Shown here: piece by piece, positions 25,480-38,918 of the stretch
Position numbering within the stretch: position 1 is the stretch's first letter
Layout: every line of letters starts with the position of its first letter
Source: Mobula hypostoma
Taxonomy: Eukaryota
Length of the DNA stretch: 64,000 bases
Direction: 5' to 3'
Assembly (NCBI RefSeq): GCF_963921235.1
Contig: NC_086122.1
Span: 26,970,001-27,034,000, forward strand
Notes under the pieces: generated by a model
Database searches by the model: none
What the model was told of the DNA's origin: nothing
What the model saw: the letters and a program-made list of their open reading frames with translations, nothing else
Translations under genes and position numbers: made by a program

Positions 25480-26175
25480 GCTCTTTGAAAGTGGCTACAC
25501 AGGTCAATAGGGTGGTTAAGAAGGCCTATGGAATGCTTGTTTTCCCTAGTCGAGGCATTGAGTTCAAAAGTCAAGAGGTTATGTTGCAACTTTGTAGAAC
25601 TCGGGTTAGGCCACATCTGGAGTATCGCATACAGTTCTGGTCGCCCCACTATAGGAAGGATGTTGAGGCTTTGAAGGGGGCACTGAAGAGGTTTACCAGG
25701 ATGCTGCCTGGTTTAGAGGGCATGTACTACCGTGCGAGACTGGGCAAACTTGGGTTGTTTTCTCTGGAGTGGAGGAGGCTAAGGGGAGATCGGACAGAGG
25801 TTTATAAGATTATGAGGGGCATAGATAGATGTGGACAGGGAGTATCTTTTTCTCAGGGTAGAAATATCTAATACTGGGGATATACATTGAAGGTGAGAGG
25901 TGGTAGGTTCAAGGGGGATGTGAGGGGTAAGTTTTTTACTCAGAGAGTCATGGATGCCTGAAATGTGCTGCCTGAGGTGGTGGTAGAGGCAAATACATTA
26001 CAGGCTTTTAAGAGACGTTTACATATGAATATGAGGAAGATGGAAGAATATAGGCATTGTGTAGGTAGAAGGAATTTGTTTTTGAGTTTTTAAAAATTTA
26101 CTTTTTAGCTGCTTTGGTACAACATTGTGGGCCAAAGGGCTCTTTCTGATGCTGGACTGCTCTGTGTTCTATGTA
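25480..26175 (+). mobile_element. CR1 LINE 3' portion
   Basis: ORF 25485-25871 QVNRVVKKAYGML...VRPHLEY..QFWSPHYRKDV..L....RFTRMLPGL...LGLFSLEWRRLRGD. Confidence 0.9.
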
Positions 26176-26202
26176 ACAGGCTCACTTTGGTCCAGTACTG
26201 TT

Positions 26203-26334
26203 NNNNNNNNNNNNNNNNNNNNNNNNNNNNNNNNNNNNNNNNNNNNNNNNNNNNNNNNNNNNNNNNNNNNNNNNNNNNNNNNNNNNNNNNNNNNNNNNNN
26301 NNNNNNNNNNNNNNNNNNNNNNNNNNNNNNNNNN
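26203..26334. other. Assembly gap (132 N)
   Basis: Run of n characters. Confidence 1.
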
Positions 26335-27999
26335 CTTTTGCACAGTACAGTATTTCTTAATGTGGAGAGCGAATTTGTAAATCTGGTGGGAGCAAAGCAC
26401 GTTGGGAATGGTGAGAGTGGAGTGCCATGGGAGGGGTGTGGGACAGGTGGGAGGGGAGGGGTGCCAGGGCAATGGGGTGGCATGAGTGCAGACTCACCCA
26501 GCCCTGAGATGCCAGTCAAGGTCATCTGATTCCAAACAATTGGTTTATTGACCGTAATAGAGTGTCCCTCTGGTTCTTCTCGCTCCCTCCCCCCTTCCCC
26601 AACCATGATTCCCCTCTCCCTGCTGCCTTCTCACTCTCAGTCCACAATAGAAACTCGTATCAGAATCAGGTTTATCATCACTCACATCTGTCATGAAATT
26701 TTTTTTTGTGGCACCAGTATAGTGTAAAACGTAAAATTACTGCAGTACTGTGCAAAAGTCTTAGGCACCCTAACTATATATATACACACACACGTATATA
26801 TCAAAAACTTTTGCAAAGTGCTGTATATATGAATATAACTTATTTTCCAAAGGTATATAGTTATATATGCTGCTGATATTAATATTTTGTGCTAGTTCAT
26901 GGTATTAACTGAACTTAATTGATCCTCTTCTCAGATCAGTCAGAATTAGAATCAGGTTTAATATCACCAGCATATGTCGTGAAATTTGTTAACTTTGCAG
27001 CAGCAGTACAAAGCGATACATGATAAATATAAGAAACAAACCTGACTTACTGTCAGTATAAATATGTATATTAAATAGATAAATTAAAATAAGTAGTTCA
27101 AAAATTGATTGCAAAAATTAGTGAGTTAGTTTTCATGGGGGACTTTTCATGTAGGACCGTTCTAATTTTCCTCCCATCTTCAGCCTTTTGCTTATGGCAT
27201 CCACTGTACACTGAGTGCCGATAATTAGTAGATTTAGAAGATGTAGGACCATGCAGCTATGTACACTTGTTTTCCAGTTCCCCAGCTGGGCATTTGAATG
27301 CTTACTTCAGGGACTATTTCCTTGTGGCACAGGTTTCATTACCAAGGATTATACTGCATATTTTGTAAAGAATATATCATTCAGTCGATAACCTACTAGA
27401 TAAAGACACTACTTGCTGTGGGATAAGTCACAAACACGCCTGGGTACGGGTTCAGGCAATAGAGTTGGCACTAATTCCCCCATAATTAGGAGAAAATAAA
27501 GATCAGCATAAGTTCACTCCACAATTCATTGTGTCTTTCTGGAAGGTATGTATCTGTGGTTGTTGGTAAAGAATGCGAATAGGCTTGGCTTTGATGCCCA
27601 TGTAGTAAAAACTCATTATAAAGGTCCACACAATAGGTTAAAGGAGAATGAAAGAAAATCATAAAATTGATTTGGCACCAAAGGCAGTCATTCAATCATT
27701 AAGAGAATGCCAGCTACTAAAAAAGCCGTGGGGTCAAATTTCTTAAGTGAAATCAAGAGACATAGACTTCCTCCCGTGTCCTTAAATACTGACATTCATG
27801 TGGGGCAAGTGAAATTAAGAAAGATGTTGTACGCTGACTTTGCAAACTTGGTGACTCCTGTGCAAGATTAACTCTGAATCTCAAAAAGTAGAATAGACCT
27901 GTCTAACTGAACCGCAGAAAATAACTTCAGGAAATCAAGGAGAAAAGGAAACAAATCAGAAATCCAATTGCCCCCATATTTGAAACATTTGACAAAGGC

Positions 28000-29340
28000 A
28001 TATAACTTCTTCCTCAATGTCAACAAGACAAAAGAGGTGGTTATTGACTTCAGGAGAACTCACACCTCTTTATATCGGTGGCACAGCAGTGGAAATTGCA
28101 CACAGTTTGGAACTCTTGAGATTGCAAATCTCACACCAGAACACATCCTACACAAATGCCTCTACTTTCTAAGGAGGCTGAAGAGATCTGGACTATACAC
28201 ACCTATACTCACATCCTTCTACAGGTCTGCAGTAGAGAGCACCTTAACATGCAAGGTATGGAAGCTGCACTGTGATGCACAGGAAGGCTCTACAATAGGT
28301 AGTTAAAACTGCTCAACACATCATCGGCACCGGCCTAACCACCATCAAGGACACATACTGTGTATACAGAAGGCGCTGGAAAAGGGCCACGAATATTATG
28401 AAGTATCCCACCCACCCTGTTCATAGACTGTTTGTCCCACTCGCATCAGGGAGGAAGCTATGTAGCATCTACACCAGGACCACCAGACTCAAAACAGTTA
28501 CTTTCCCCAAGCAGTAACACCTCCACCAAGTAATCTGCCTCCCTACAACCTGTTCAGCACTACTTTATCATTTCCTGCCAGTCACCTTAAAGTACAGACA
28601 CTCCTGTGCCTAGTGTTACCTTATGGACATACAAACAATCTATGTCTATAAGCTATCTTAAGTATTTATATTTATTGTGTTTATTTTTATTATTGTGTTC
28701 TTTATCTTATTGTGTTTGTTTGTGCTGCATTGAATCCAGAGTAACAATTATTTCAAAGTTCAAAGTAAATTTATTATCAAAGTACATTTATATCACCATA
28801 TACAACTCTGAGATTCATTTTCTTGTGGGCATATTCAATAAATCTATAGAATAATAACCATAACAAAATCAATGCAAGACTTCCCAACTTGGGTGCTTAA
28901 CCAGGGTGCAGAAGAAAACTAGCTGTGCAAACACAAAAAGAAATAAATAATTATAATATATAAAAAAGCAATAAGTATTGAGAACATGAGATGAAGAGTC
29001 TTTGAAAGTGAGTCCATTGGTTGTGGGAACATTTTAATGATGGAGTAAGTGAAGCTGAATGAAGTTATCCCCTTTGGTACAGGAGCCTGATGGTTAGGGG
29101 GTAGTAACTATTCCCGAACTGCTGGTGCGAGTCCTGAGGCTTCTGTACCTTCTTTCTGTTGGCAGCAATGAGAAGACAGCATGACCTGGGTGTTGGGGGT
29201 CCCTGATGATCGATGCTACTTTCCTGTGACAGCCTTTCATGTAGGTGTGCTCATTGGTGGTGAGGGCTTTACCTGTGATGGACTCCTTTCCACTTGTGCA
29301 CTGGAAATGACATTAAACAATCTTGAATAATGAAAGTTGA
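28000..29340. mobile_element. Rex1/Babar LINE fragment (+) with an opposite-strand Rex1 3' fragment (~28755-29285)
   Basis: LNVNKTKEVVIDFRR...CLYFLRRLK...ILTSFYRSAVES on +; ttcaaagttcaaagtaaatttattatcaaagtaca is the reverse-complement tail. Confidence 0.75.
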
Positions 29341-30576
29341 ATCTTGAGTTTGCCGAGAATTACATTTCAGACTTTAAGCTTTCAAAATAAATTGAAATCT
29401 CTTCAGCCCAGCAAGGTCCTCAACATGGTGCATTGATAATTGAAGATCTGTGAGCTACTTGAGCTTACAAACGATGCTAATGTTCTCCCATAATTAAATA
29501 TTATTCGAGTATGTGAACAAGCATAAAACAAATATGATTTTGTTGTTGTGGCATGTTTTCTGGCTGATGTGACGTTTAAGTCTACTCCACCATTCAATAA
29601 GTTCATGCATGGGTGATCTTTGATCTGTGTTCCACTATATGCAACTTCAAATCCTTTAATTCAATTAATATCTTTTGATACCTATTGATTTTTGTCTTGA
29701 ATATATGCTGTGACTGAGCCTTCATTTTCTCCTTGGGCCCTGAATTCCAAAGAACTACTGTGGTCCAGGCGAGAAATAACGTTGCAGCTCTGTCCTGATG
29801 TGCATTGAGGCTATATCCCCTGGTCTGGACACTCCAGTTAAAGGAATAATTATCCCTGTATCAGTCTTGACAAGCTCTGAAAGAACTTCGTCGATTTCAG
29901 TGAAAAGCTCAGACACAACTCACATAAATGCTTTCCTTAACTGCACCATAACTGATTCTTCTTTTTTGTTTCTTTCGAGTGTAGTGTATTTTCCTCTATT
30001 GCCTTTATCCCATTTGTAATATCAAGGTTACCCCATTTCTGTTTCTAAATTTCTTACGTCTTCTAACAGCTAAATATCCTGGAATATTTAATTGTTAGCC
30101 TTGATAATGTTGGAATCACGATTCCATTGGCTATTAGATTGTACTCATTTATTTCCCTCTACTTTGTTGGTTTACCTAGCTTGTTATAAATGCTGTGTTC
30201 ATTCATATAATGAACCTTCAGCTTTGTGATTGGAAGATATTCTTACATTTCTATGCTGTACTCCTTCCTGACAGTACCTACATTTCTACCCACACCAGAT
30301 TTCCTCAACAATTTCCCCTCACCATAACTCCTTCCCTCAACTGTTTAGTTTCAAATCCTTTACTTTTACGGCCAATTCTGTTGGCTGCTTGCCTCAGCTT
30401 AATTCCAGTGACGCCAATCCCAGCGGGCAGCTCTTTCCTTTCCCCAGTGACCTAGAAGTTGAAACACACTTCTCCTGCACCAATTTTTGAGCCATGCTTT
30501 CAATCCTCTGATCTTATTTCCCCTGTGCTAATAGGCATGTTGTTCAAACAGTAACTCAGGGATTATTACATTATTA

Positions 30577-30880
30577 GACACAAAATGCTGCAGGAACTCA
30601 CCAAGTTATGCAGCATCTATGCAGGAGAATAAATAATCAATATTTCTGGGCCTAGACCTTTCATCAGGACTGGGAAGGAATGGGGAAGAAACCAGAATAA
30701 GAAGGAGAGACGAGGGGAAGGAGTGCAAGCTGACAGGTGATAGGTGAAACCAGATGTTGGAGGGGGGATGAAGTAAGAAGCTGGGAGGTGATAGATAGGA
30801 GGGGTAAAGGGCTGAAGAAGAAGAAGGAATATGATGGGAGAGGAGAGTGGATCATGGAAGACGGGGAAGGAGGTGGGGAT
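30577..30880 (-). mobile_element. Penelope 3' region/pLTR, degenerate hammerhead
   Basis: Minus strand cagtcCTGATGAaaggtctaggcccaGAAAtatt. Confidence 0.8.
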
Positions 30881-31517
30881 CTGGGCTATGGCTGCCTGTA
30901 TTCCTTCAGAATATCTTTGATAGGGCTGTAGCAACTGGATTCTTCCTCTCCTAGTTCAAATTTTTCTCCACCCCTGAAGTGTTCTCAACCTGTTAACACA
31001 GATCTGGAACTCATGCTTGATATTTGCACTCAAATCAAACTCAATGCAACTGTTGCCAAAACTGTTCAGGGGCAGAAAAGAGAACAACAGAGCTTTGAAA
31101 TTGGATCTAATTTTACCATTTGGTTCAAAGCAAAGTGGGTTGTAACTTAAGCAGAACATACGGGTTAATACTTCACTTGATCTATTTGACATCACCGAAA
31201 ATAAGAACGGTAAAACTTAGAAGCACAAGAGAACTTGCAGATGCTGGGAATCCAGTGCAACACACACACACACACAATGCTGGCAGAACGCAGCAGGCTA
31301 GGCAGCATCTATTGTGTATTTAAAATTTCAGCAATTTTTGAGTAATTCATATATAAATATGTGAATTGCATATGTCATCACGCTACCACAAGATACTTGC
31401 ATGCCTCACTTGCAGTAAGTACAAAGTTAGACCCGCATTTTCAGACTCCTGTGTCTTCCTTTGAATTAGTTTAATGTTTTGAAGTCACAAAACATAAAAT
31501 CTAGGGAAATGAATAAG

Positions 31518-31555
31518 CAGTCAACGTTTCGGGCTGAGACCCTTCATCAGCACTG
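31518..31555 (-). ncRNA. Hammerhead ribozyme motif, core intact, stem I impaired
   Basis: cagtg-CTGATGA-a-ggg(tctcag)ccc-GAAAC-GTT-gactg; GUU triplet and a G.G mismatch next to the core. Confidence 0.55.
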
Positions 31556-31704
31556 GAAAGGAAGGGAGAAGAGGCCAGAATAAGAAGGTTGGGGGAGGGG
31601 GAGGAGGGTAAGCTAGATGGTGACAGGTGAAGCCAAGTGGGTAGATGGGATGGGGGGATGAAGTAAGAAGCTGGGAGGTGATAAGTGGAAAAGCCAAAGG
31701 ACTA

Positions 31705-32402
31705 TACAGATACAAAATTCCCTAAAACTGGCGTCACAGGTAGATAGGGTCGTAAAGAGAGCTTTTGGTACATTGGCCTTTATTAATCAACGTATTGAGT
31801 ATAAGAGCTGGGATGTTATGATGAGGTTGTGTAAGGCATTGGTGAGGCCGAATCTGGAGTATTGTGTTCAGTTTTGGTCACCAAGTTACAGGAAGGATAT
31901 TGATAAGGTTGAAAGAGTGCAGAGAAGGTTTACAAGGATGTTGCCGGGACTTGAGAAACTCAGTTACAGAGAACAGTTGAATAGGTTAGCACTTTATTCC
32001 CTGGAGTGTAGAAGAATGAGGGGGAGATTTGATAGAGGTATATAAAATTATGATGGGTATAGATAGAGTGAATGCAAGCAGGCTTTTTCTACTGAGGCAA
32101 GGGGAGAAAAAAAACAAGAGGACATGGGTTAAGGGTGAAGGGGGAAAAGTTTAAAGGGATAATTGCGGGTGGGGGGGGCTTCTTCACGCAGAGAGTGGTG
32201 GGAGTGTGGAATGAGCCGCCAGACGAGGTGGTAAATGTGGGTTCTTACATTTAAGAATAAATTGGACAGATACATGGATGGGAGGTGTATGGAGGGATAT
32301 GGTCCGTGTGCAGGTCAGTTGGACTAGGCAGAAAATGGTTCGGCACAGCCAAGAAGGGCCAAAAGGCCTGTTTCTGTGCTGTAGTTTTTCTGTGGTTTCT
32401 AT
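31705..32402 (+). mobile_element. CR1 LINE 3' portion
   Basis: ORF 31773-32045 ALVRPNLEYCVQFWSPSYRKDIDKVERVQRRFTRMLPGL; tail tttctgtggtttctatgg. Confidence 0.9.
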
Positions 32403-33591
32403 GGCTGGAGATGAGGGAATCTGATAGGAGAGGAGACTGGATCGAGGGAGAAAGGGCACCTGGGGAAGGAGATAGGAGGGTGAAGAGAAGAGGTAAGATG
32501 GTAAAACCTAGGAACGGTGAAGGCAAGAGATAATTTGTAGAAAACCCCACATAGTTAAAACATATAAATAATTGAGCATTAGTATAAAGAACGGTGAGTG
32601 AAGGCAGCAGCAGTAAATTGGCATTTATGAAGTATGATAATATGACATGATTTGAAACCAGTGATTGTGTTATCTCAGTTTAATTTCCTCCCAGGTAAAT
32701 ATCTCTGCACAAACACCACAGCAGGCTATTGTGTAGTGCCTCTGCATTACTAATTCTCATCTATAATCCTCATTAAAAACATCTTAATAATGAATGTCTC
32801 AACATCTTCAAAAAAAACTCGTTTCAATAGAAGCTATGCAATAATACGATAAATCTAGGCTGCCAACTAAATTATTTTATTTGGCTCTCAGTTAAAGAAG
32901 CTTCTGTTCTTTTTGTATGTTTTGTTGTGGCCAATGTGCTTATTTTAACAGGATTCAAAAAGCCCCAGATATTTGCCTTACTCAACTGTTTTGATTAAGG
33001 GGAGCAATCAAGATAGGTTTGCAGTAATGGGCAATCCCTGTGTCAAACTCTGAATACTTTTGCTCATTTATGCCACTCAGTGTTAATCTCAGAAGTCAAA
33101 TTTACTGACATTATTGGGACTGGAGTGATGGATATAAATAAATGCCAGGATGGAGATAATGTTTTGGTACAGAGTTTATGAACATCAATGAAATTATTAC
33201 TCAGTACCGTTGCTACCTCCTAGTAAGAGTTAAGGAGCAAAATTGGAGCCAATCTTCAGTGGCCATCACAGGAGATCTCAGCTTTTATGTTACTGACACC
33301 TTTCAAGTGTCTGCCCATGACATTCTGTGCCAGAGTCTGTCATGACAAAGGTTGCAAGTATCAAGGTTAACATTATTGTGCTAATTTCTAACTTTTGACA
33401 CCAATCAACCATCTTCGCACATGCCAAATGATTAGTCAGCCGATAACATGCTTTGGTTGAGGTGACAGATTGCCATCAAATTGAAGAACCCAAGGAGCTG
33501 CAGTAGGAACAGATGTACATGGATTTGTACAGTGCAGCTGATATCCTCAAAGTTAAAGGACATAATCTTTCCTAAAAACACTCCAATAAGG

Positions 33592-33910
33592 GAGGCATGG
33601 TAGTGTGGTGGTTAACGCAATCACTTTACAACACCAGCATTCACTGATTGGGGTTCAATTCCCGCACCTGTCTGTAAGGAGTTTGTATGTCCTCCCCGTG
33701 ACTCTGTGAGTTTCCTCCGGGTGCTCTGGTTTCCTCCCACATTCCAAAGACATATAGGTTGGGGTTAGTAAATTGTGGGCACGCTATGTTGGCACTGGAA
33801 ATGTGGGAACATTCGCAGGCTGTCCCCACCCAGCACAATCCTTGCTGATCTGATTTGAAGCATTTCATGATGTGTTTTAACGAGCACGAAACAAATAAAA
33901 CTAATCCTTA
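33592..33910 (+). mobile_element. HE1-like V-SINE (tRNA-derived)
   Basis: A-box-like tagtgtggtgg, B-box ggttcaattccc, V-domain gagtttgtatg..ctccccgtg...tttcctccgggtgctctggtttcctcccacattccaaaga. Confidence 0.85.
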
Positions 33911-34137
33911 TTTTTATGTTAATCAAATGGTACAGCTTGACTTGTTGGCCATTTGAGCAGTTCCTAATATTAAAAACATATCTTCACCTTTTCGCTCTGC
34001 TCTTTTGCCTCTATTATTTGGGTGTTTCTAGGGAAGAGTATATAGTTTGACTTGTTTTTAATCCTAGGATTTTGGGAATATCACCTGCACTGTACAAATC
34101 CATGTCCCTTCTGCTGCTCCTTGGGTTCTTGCATTAA

Positions 34138-34212
34138 CCCTTACATACTGTTCATATTCTATACCCGCACAGTATGGTACGGTCAAATTTGACCCGGAAC
34201 AGTATGTAAGGG
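34138..34212. mobile_element. piggyBac-like MITE (75 bp)
   Basis: 16-bp perfect TIR cccttacatactgttc / gaacagtatgtaaggg; flanks TTAA and TCAA. Confidence 0.7.
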
Positions 34213-34845
34213 TCAAATGTTACTCACAAGAGAATTATAACTTGCAATGCTGTTGTTTGGACATTCACAAATGCCAGCTTTCGGCATGGCATGATCATCA
34301 ACTTCCGAGTCAAATTTATAACAACTATAGAAATAAGTTTATTTCTTCTATTTACAAACACTAGTGGTTAGATGTAAAAAATTCTGACTAATCTTTCCAG
34401 TATAGTGTACCAAAATTCCAAAGTCACATTATTATATAAAAAATACAAAGAATTGAATGACATCGAATATCTTGACTTTTTGATACTGAGATACATCTCC
34501 TATACATCGTTATATGCTTACTTATCCATTATTCATTACTCCTTGGTGGTACATTTTGTCCACAATCATACCAGTCTTCACTCAACTTCACTTGCCTCAT
34601 CATTGAAATGTTCCCACAACCAATGGACACATTTTCAAGGACTCTGCATCTCGTGTTCTTGAAGTTTAGTGCTTATTTATTCTTACTACTTTTTTTTTTG
34701 CATTTGCGCAGTTTGATGTCTTCTGCACTCTGGTTGAAAGCCCTAGCCTGGCAATTGTTCATTGATTCTGCTATAGTTACTATTCTATAGATTGGTTGAG
34801 TATGCCTGCAAGACAATGAATCTCAGAGTTGTATATGGTGACATA

Positions 34846-35316
34846 CAAGGGGTGATTGATAAGTTCATGGTCTAAGGTAGAAAGAGTCAATTTTACAAAA
34901 CCTAGCACATTTATTTTTCCTACATTTACACACTTAGTCCAGCGGTCGTGGAGCATATGGATCCCTTCTCTGTAGAAGTTGGTGTCTTGGACCTCCAGAA
35001 GTGGTCCACAGCAGGGGTGATTAATAAGTTCATGGCTTAAAATAGAAGGAGATGAGGAGAATCTTCAAACTTTCTGCATTTTCACTCAAAGAGTTGAACT
35101 GCACGTGCATGTAACGAGAGCTGTGTAAGTTATCTCCTTCTACCTTAGACCACGTACTTATCAATCACCCCTGCTGTGGACCACTTTTACAAAGAAGGGA
35201 TCCGTATGGACTAAGTGTGTACATGTAGGAGGGGACTAGGTTGAAAAATAAATGTGCTAGGTTTTCTAAAATTGACTCCTTCTACCCTAGGCCACGAACT
35301 TATCAATCACCCCTCA
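34846..35316. mobile_element. mariner-like palindromic MITE with internally repeated TIRs
   Basis: TA-caaggggtgattgataagttc...gaacttatcaatcacccctca-TA; a second TIR pair lies at ~35013 and ~35172. Confidence 0.8.
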
Positions 35317-35324
35317 TATATGTA

Positions 35325-35479
35325 CAGGTCGACCTTCACTAATCCGGCACCATTGGGACCTGAGGAGTGCTGGATTAGTGAAAATGCCGAATTACGGAAG
35401 GATCACATTAAGCATAGTCAGTGCCAGATTATCGAAGGAACCGGATTACGGGTAGTCGGATTAGTGAAGGTCTGACCTG
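35325..35479. mobile_element. Tigger/pogo-like MITE
   Basis: TA-caggtcgaccttcactaatccg...cggattagtgaaggtctgacctg-TA. Confidence 0.8.
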
Positions 35480-36264
35480 TACTTTGATAATCACATTTAC
35501 TCGTACTTTGAAATGTACAGTCAGACAGATTCACTTTGTTCAAAGAGCAAGGCAGTGGAGGTAAAAGGCTTTGACATATTAAAGGGTAGGTTAGGTTTCA
35601 TGTTGGATGGATGAACTGTGATAGACTATATGGTCATATAGTTCATAAATGATTATACATGATACAGGTTACCACCTGTATTGGAGCCATTCTGATTTTA
35701 GTCATTTTATTCACAAGAGTGCTCTCATTTTGTCACTCTCATTGTTAAGTTTTATATAAGGCCAGGGAGTGGGGTTGTGGAGGGGCATAAAGGATCAGTC
35801 ATGATCGAATGGTGGAGCAGATTCGATAGGCCAAATGACCTAATTCTGCTCCTATGTCTTGTGGTCTTAAAGTCTTAAATAATTTGACCCTATTTATTGT
35901 GGACACCCTTTGATATTGAGGCTTTCCTTGCTTATTCTGAGCTTTTCTGTCTCACATATTGTATTTGAATTTGCCCAATGTGTTTGTGCAGCTTCCATCT
36001 TTGCTATGGAATTGTTACCCTTCTCACTTTCCCCACTGGCCCTTGAGTGCCCTTGGTCACATAATTTGCTCTTCAGTGCATATCCCTGTCAGGATACGTG
36101 TACAACATAACTGACTGGTTAATGCTAATGGCCATCTATAAACTTCTGTCCCATGGCGACATGGTAACCGAAAGCAGAAACAATGACGTTTGATTAGCTT
36201 TTATAGTGGAAGCTGTAAAAAGTTTTTTTCATAACTTTTGAATAAAGTTGAATTTGTGATCTCA

Positions 36265-38080
36265 GAATTAGAATCAGAATCGGGTTTAATATCACTGGCA
36301 TATGTCTTGAAATTTGTTGGTTTTGTAGTAGCAGTACAATTCAATATATAACATTGAAAGGTGGGAGGAGAAGGTGGCAGCGCGCCTGTGTGTGCGCAGC
36401 CCTCCAGTGAAAAATGATATCGTATCTGTTAAATAGGGGCCATGGACAATTCTGATTTGATGGAGAATGGACGTGAAAGCACAGAGGAATATCTGGAGAA
36501 ATTTCTGAAACACCCGTTCGCTGCTGTTGTTACTGCGCGGTCGGGAATCTTTCGGAGGGAAGGCCTCAAAATACCCGGCCTTGCCTGCTTTTTGGCGACC
36601 GAGATTGAGGTCGAATCGTTCGGACAGAGATGGTGCTCAGTACTCGGTGTCAGAGAGCTGATCAGAGCTCGAAGTTTTCGGATGACTCAGAGTCGGACTG
36701 TGGTGGGCATGGCAGGGAGAGTTTTTCTTCCTTCTCCCGTCTGCGTGAGATGTGGGACATTTGAGAAACTTTGAACTTTACTGTGCTCCTGGACTTCTTC
36801 ATCAAGTTATGGTATTGTGCACTGTTGCAACTATATGTTATAATTATGTGGTTTTGTCAGTTTTTTCAGTCTTGGTCTGTGCTGTGTTTTGTGATATCAC
36901 ACCAGAGGAAATAATGTATCATTTCTTAATGCATGCATTACTAAATGACAATAAAAGAGGACTACGTGTCTTCATAATCTAATCTAATCTAATAGAGAAA
37001 AAGAGTTATGATTTACAGAGGGGAAGAAGCTGTTCCTGAATTGTACCAATGAGAACAAGGCATGACCTGGGTGATGGGGGTCCTTAATGATGGATGCTGC
37101 CCTTTTGAGGCATTGCACCTTGAAGATGTACTGGATACTACGGAGGCTAGTTTCCATGATGGAGCTAGCTAAGTTTACAACTTTCTGCAGCTTACTTCGA
37201 TCCTGTGCAGTAACCCCTCCACACTAGGCGGTGATGCAGCCAGCTGGAATGTTCTCCACAGTGCATCTGTAGAAATTTTCAGGTGTATTTGGAGACGTAC
37301 CAAATCTTCGCAAACTCCCAATGAAATAAAGCTGCTGTTGTGTCTTCTTTGTAGCTGCAGCAATAAGTTGGGTTCAGGTTAGATCCTCAAAAATATTGAC
37401 ACCCAGGAACTTGAAATTGCTCACTCTTTCCACTTCAGATCCCTCTATGAGGTCTGGTGTGTGTTCCCTCGTCTTACCCTTTCTGAAGTCCACAATCAGT
37501 TTTTCAGTCTTGCTGATGTTGCGTGCAGGTTACTATGACACCACTCAACTGGCTGATATTTCTCACTCCTGTACGGCCTCACGGATTCATCTGAAATTCG
37601 GCTGTATCATCAGCAAGTTTATAGGTGGCACTTGATCTGTGCCTGGCCACACAGTCATGGGTGTAGAGAGAGTAGAGCAGTGGGCCAAGCACACATCCCT
37701 GAGGTGCACCAGTGTTGATTGTCAGCGAGGTGGTGATATTGTTTCTGATCCACACAGATTGTGGTCTTCCAGTTAGGAAGTCGAGGATCCAGTTGCAGAG
37801 CGAGGTAGAGAGGCCCATGTTCTGGAGCTTTTCGATCAGAACAGTAGGAATGATTGTGTTAAATGCTGAGCTGTAGTCAATAAGCAGCATCCTGACATAG
37901 GTATTTGTATTGTCCAGCTGATACAAGGCCACAAGAAGTGCCAATGAGATCGTGTCCTCTGTAGACCTATTGTGGCGATAGGCAAATTGGAGTGGGTTTA
38001 GGTCTTTGCTGAGATTGGAATTAATTCTAGGCAAAGTACCTCTCAAAGCACTTCATCACCATAGATGTGAGTGCTACTGG
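36265..38080 (-). mobile_element. Rex1/Babar LINE (RT to tail), with insert at 36365-36993
   Basis: ORF 37579-38046(-) [14 protein letters not shown]...[16 protein letters not shown]...[20 protein letters not shown]...KLADDT. Confidence 0.9.
36365..36993 (+). mobile_element. Non-autonomous retroelement (CpG-rich head, (ctaat)n tail)
   Basis: Starts gaggagaaggtggcagcgcg; ends gacaataaaag...taatctaatctaatctaat; interrupts the Rex1 tail. Confidence 0.55.
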
Positions 38081-38462
38081 ACGATAGTTACTTCCACTTC
38101 CTTCTATGATAAATCTACCGTGTGCGTGTATATAGATTTTGTGCATAATTCCAGGGGTTCACATGCAAGGGTTGTCATGGAAAGCCTGGCTATAGTACTG
38201 TGCAAAGGTCTTAGGTACATGTATATAGCTGGGTGCCTAAGACTTTAGCACAGTACTACATTTGTCAATGTGGAGTGGAGAGTGAGTTTGTAAATCTGGC
38301 GGGAGGAAAGGATGCCAGGAATGGTGAATGTGGAGCGCAGTGGAAGCAGTGTGGGACAGGTGGCAGGGAAGGAGTGTCAGGGCAGGGGTGGGCGTGGAGT
38401 GGGGTGCAGACATGCAGCCCTGAGACACCAGGCAAGGCCATTTACTTCCAAACAATTGGTTT

Positions 38463-38639
38463 ATCTGCCGTAAGTGGGACTTCCCAGTAGCCAAACATTT
38501 TAATTCTGATTCCCATTCCCATTCCGATGTGTTGACCCAGGGAGTTCTCTTGTGCCAAGATGAGGCCACCCTCAGGGTGGAGGAGCAACACCTTATATTC
38601 CATCTGGGTAGCATGAATATCAGTTTCTCCTTCCAGTAA
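38463..38639 (+). pseudogene. C-terminus of a Penelope-like GIY-YIG endonuclease domain
   Basis: Translates ICRKWDFPVAKHFNSDSHSHSDVLTQGVLLCQDEATLRVEEQHLIFHLGSMNISFSFQ*; the PVAxHF and RxxEQxxIFxL motifs fit PLE GIY-YIG C-termini. Confidence 0.8.
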
Positions 38640-38881
38640 ACAGATTCCCACCCCAACTGTCTTCTATTCCCCACTCTGACCTTTCACTTCTTCTCACCTG
38701 CCTATTATTCCCCTGGGTTCCCTCCTCCTTCCCTTTCTCCTATGGTCAATCCTCCTTCCTATCAGATTCCTTCCTCTCCAGTCCCTGAAAATTCTCACCC
38801 ACCTGGCTTCAACTATCATCTTCTAACTAGCTTCTTTCCTCTCCCCCCACCTTTTTATTCTGGCATCTTCCCCTTCCTTCT

Positions 38882-38918
38882 CAGTCCTGAAGAAGGGTCT
38901 CGGCCCGAAACGTCGACC
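38882..38918 (+). ncRNA. Minimal hammerhead ribozyme (core intact, short stem I)
   Basis: cagtc-CTGAAGA-a-ggg(tctcgg)ccc-GAAAC-GTC-gacc. Confidence 0.7.

Larger units (their letters stand above)
31221..32530 (-). mobile_element. Penelope 3' region/pLTR interrupted by an LTR-like insert (31310-31497) and a CR1 (31705-32402)
   Basis: The pLTR halves join across the insert; the purine-rich body resumes at ~32403 (ggctggagatgagggaatctgataggagagg). Confidence 0.7.

Noticed and set aside
33592-33665. tRNA gene
   Set aside because: The A/B boxes belong to a V-SINE head; there is no cloverleaf.
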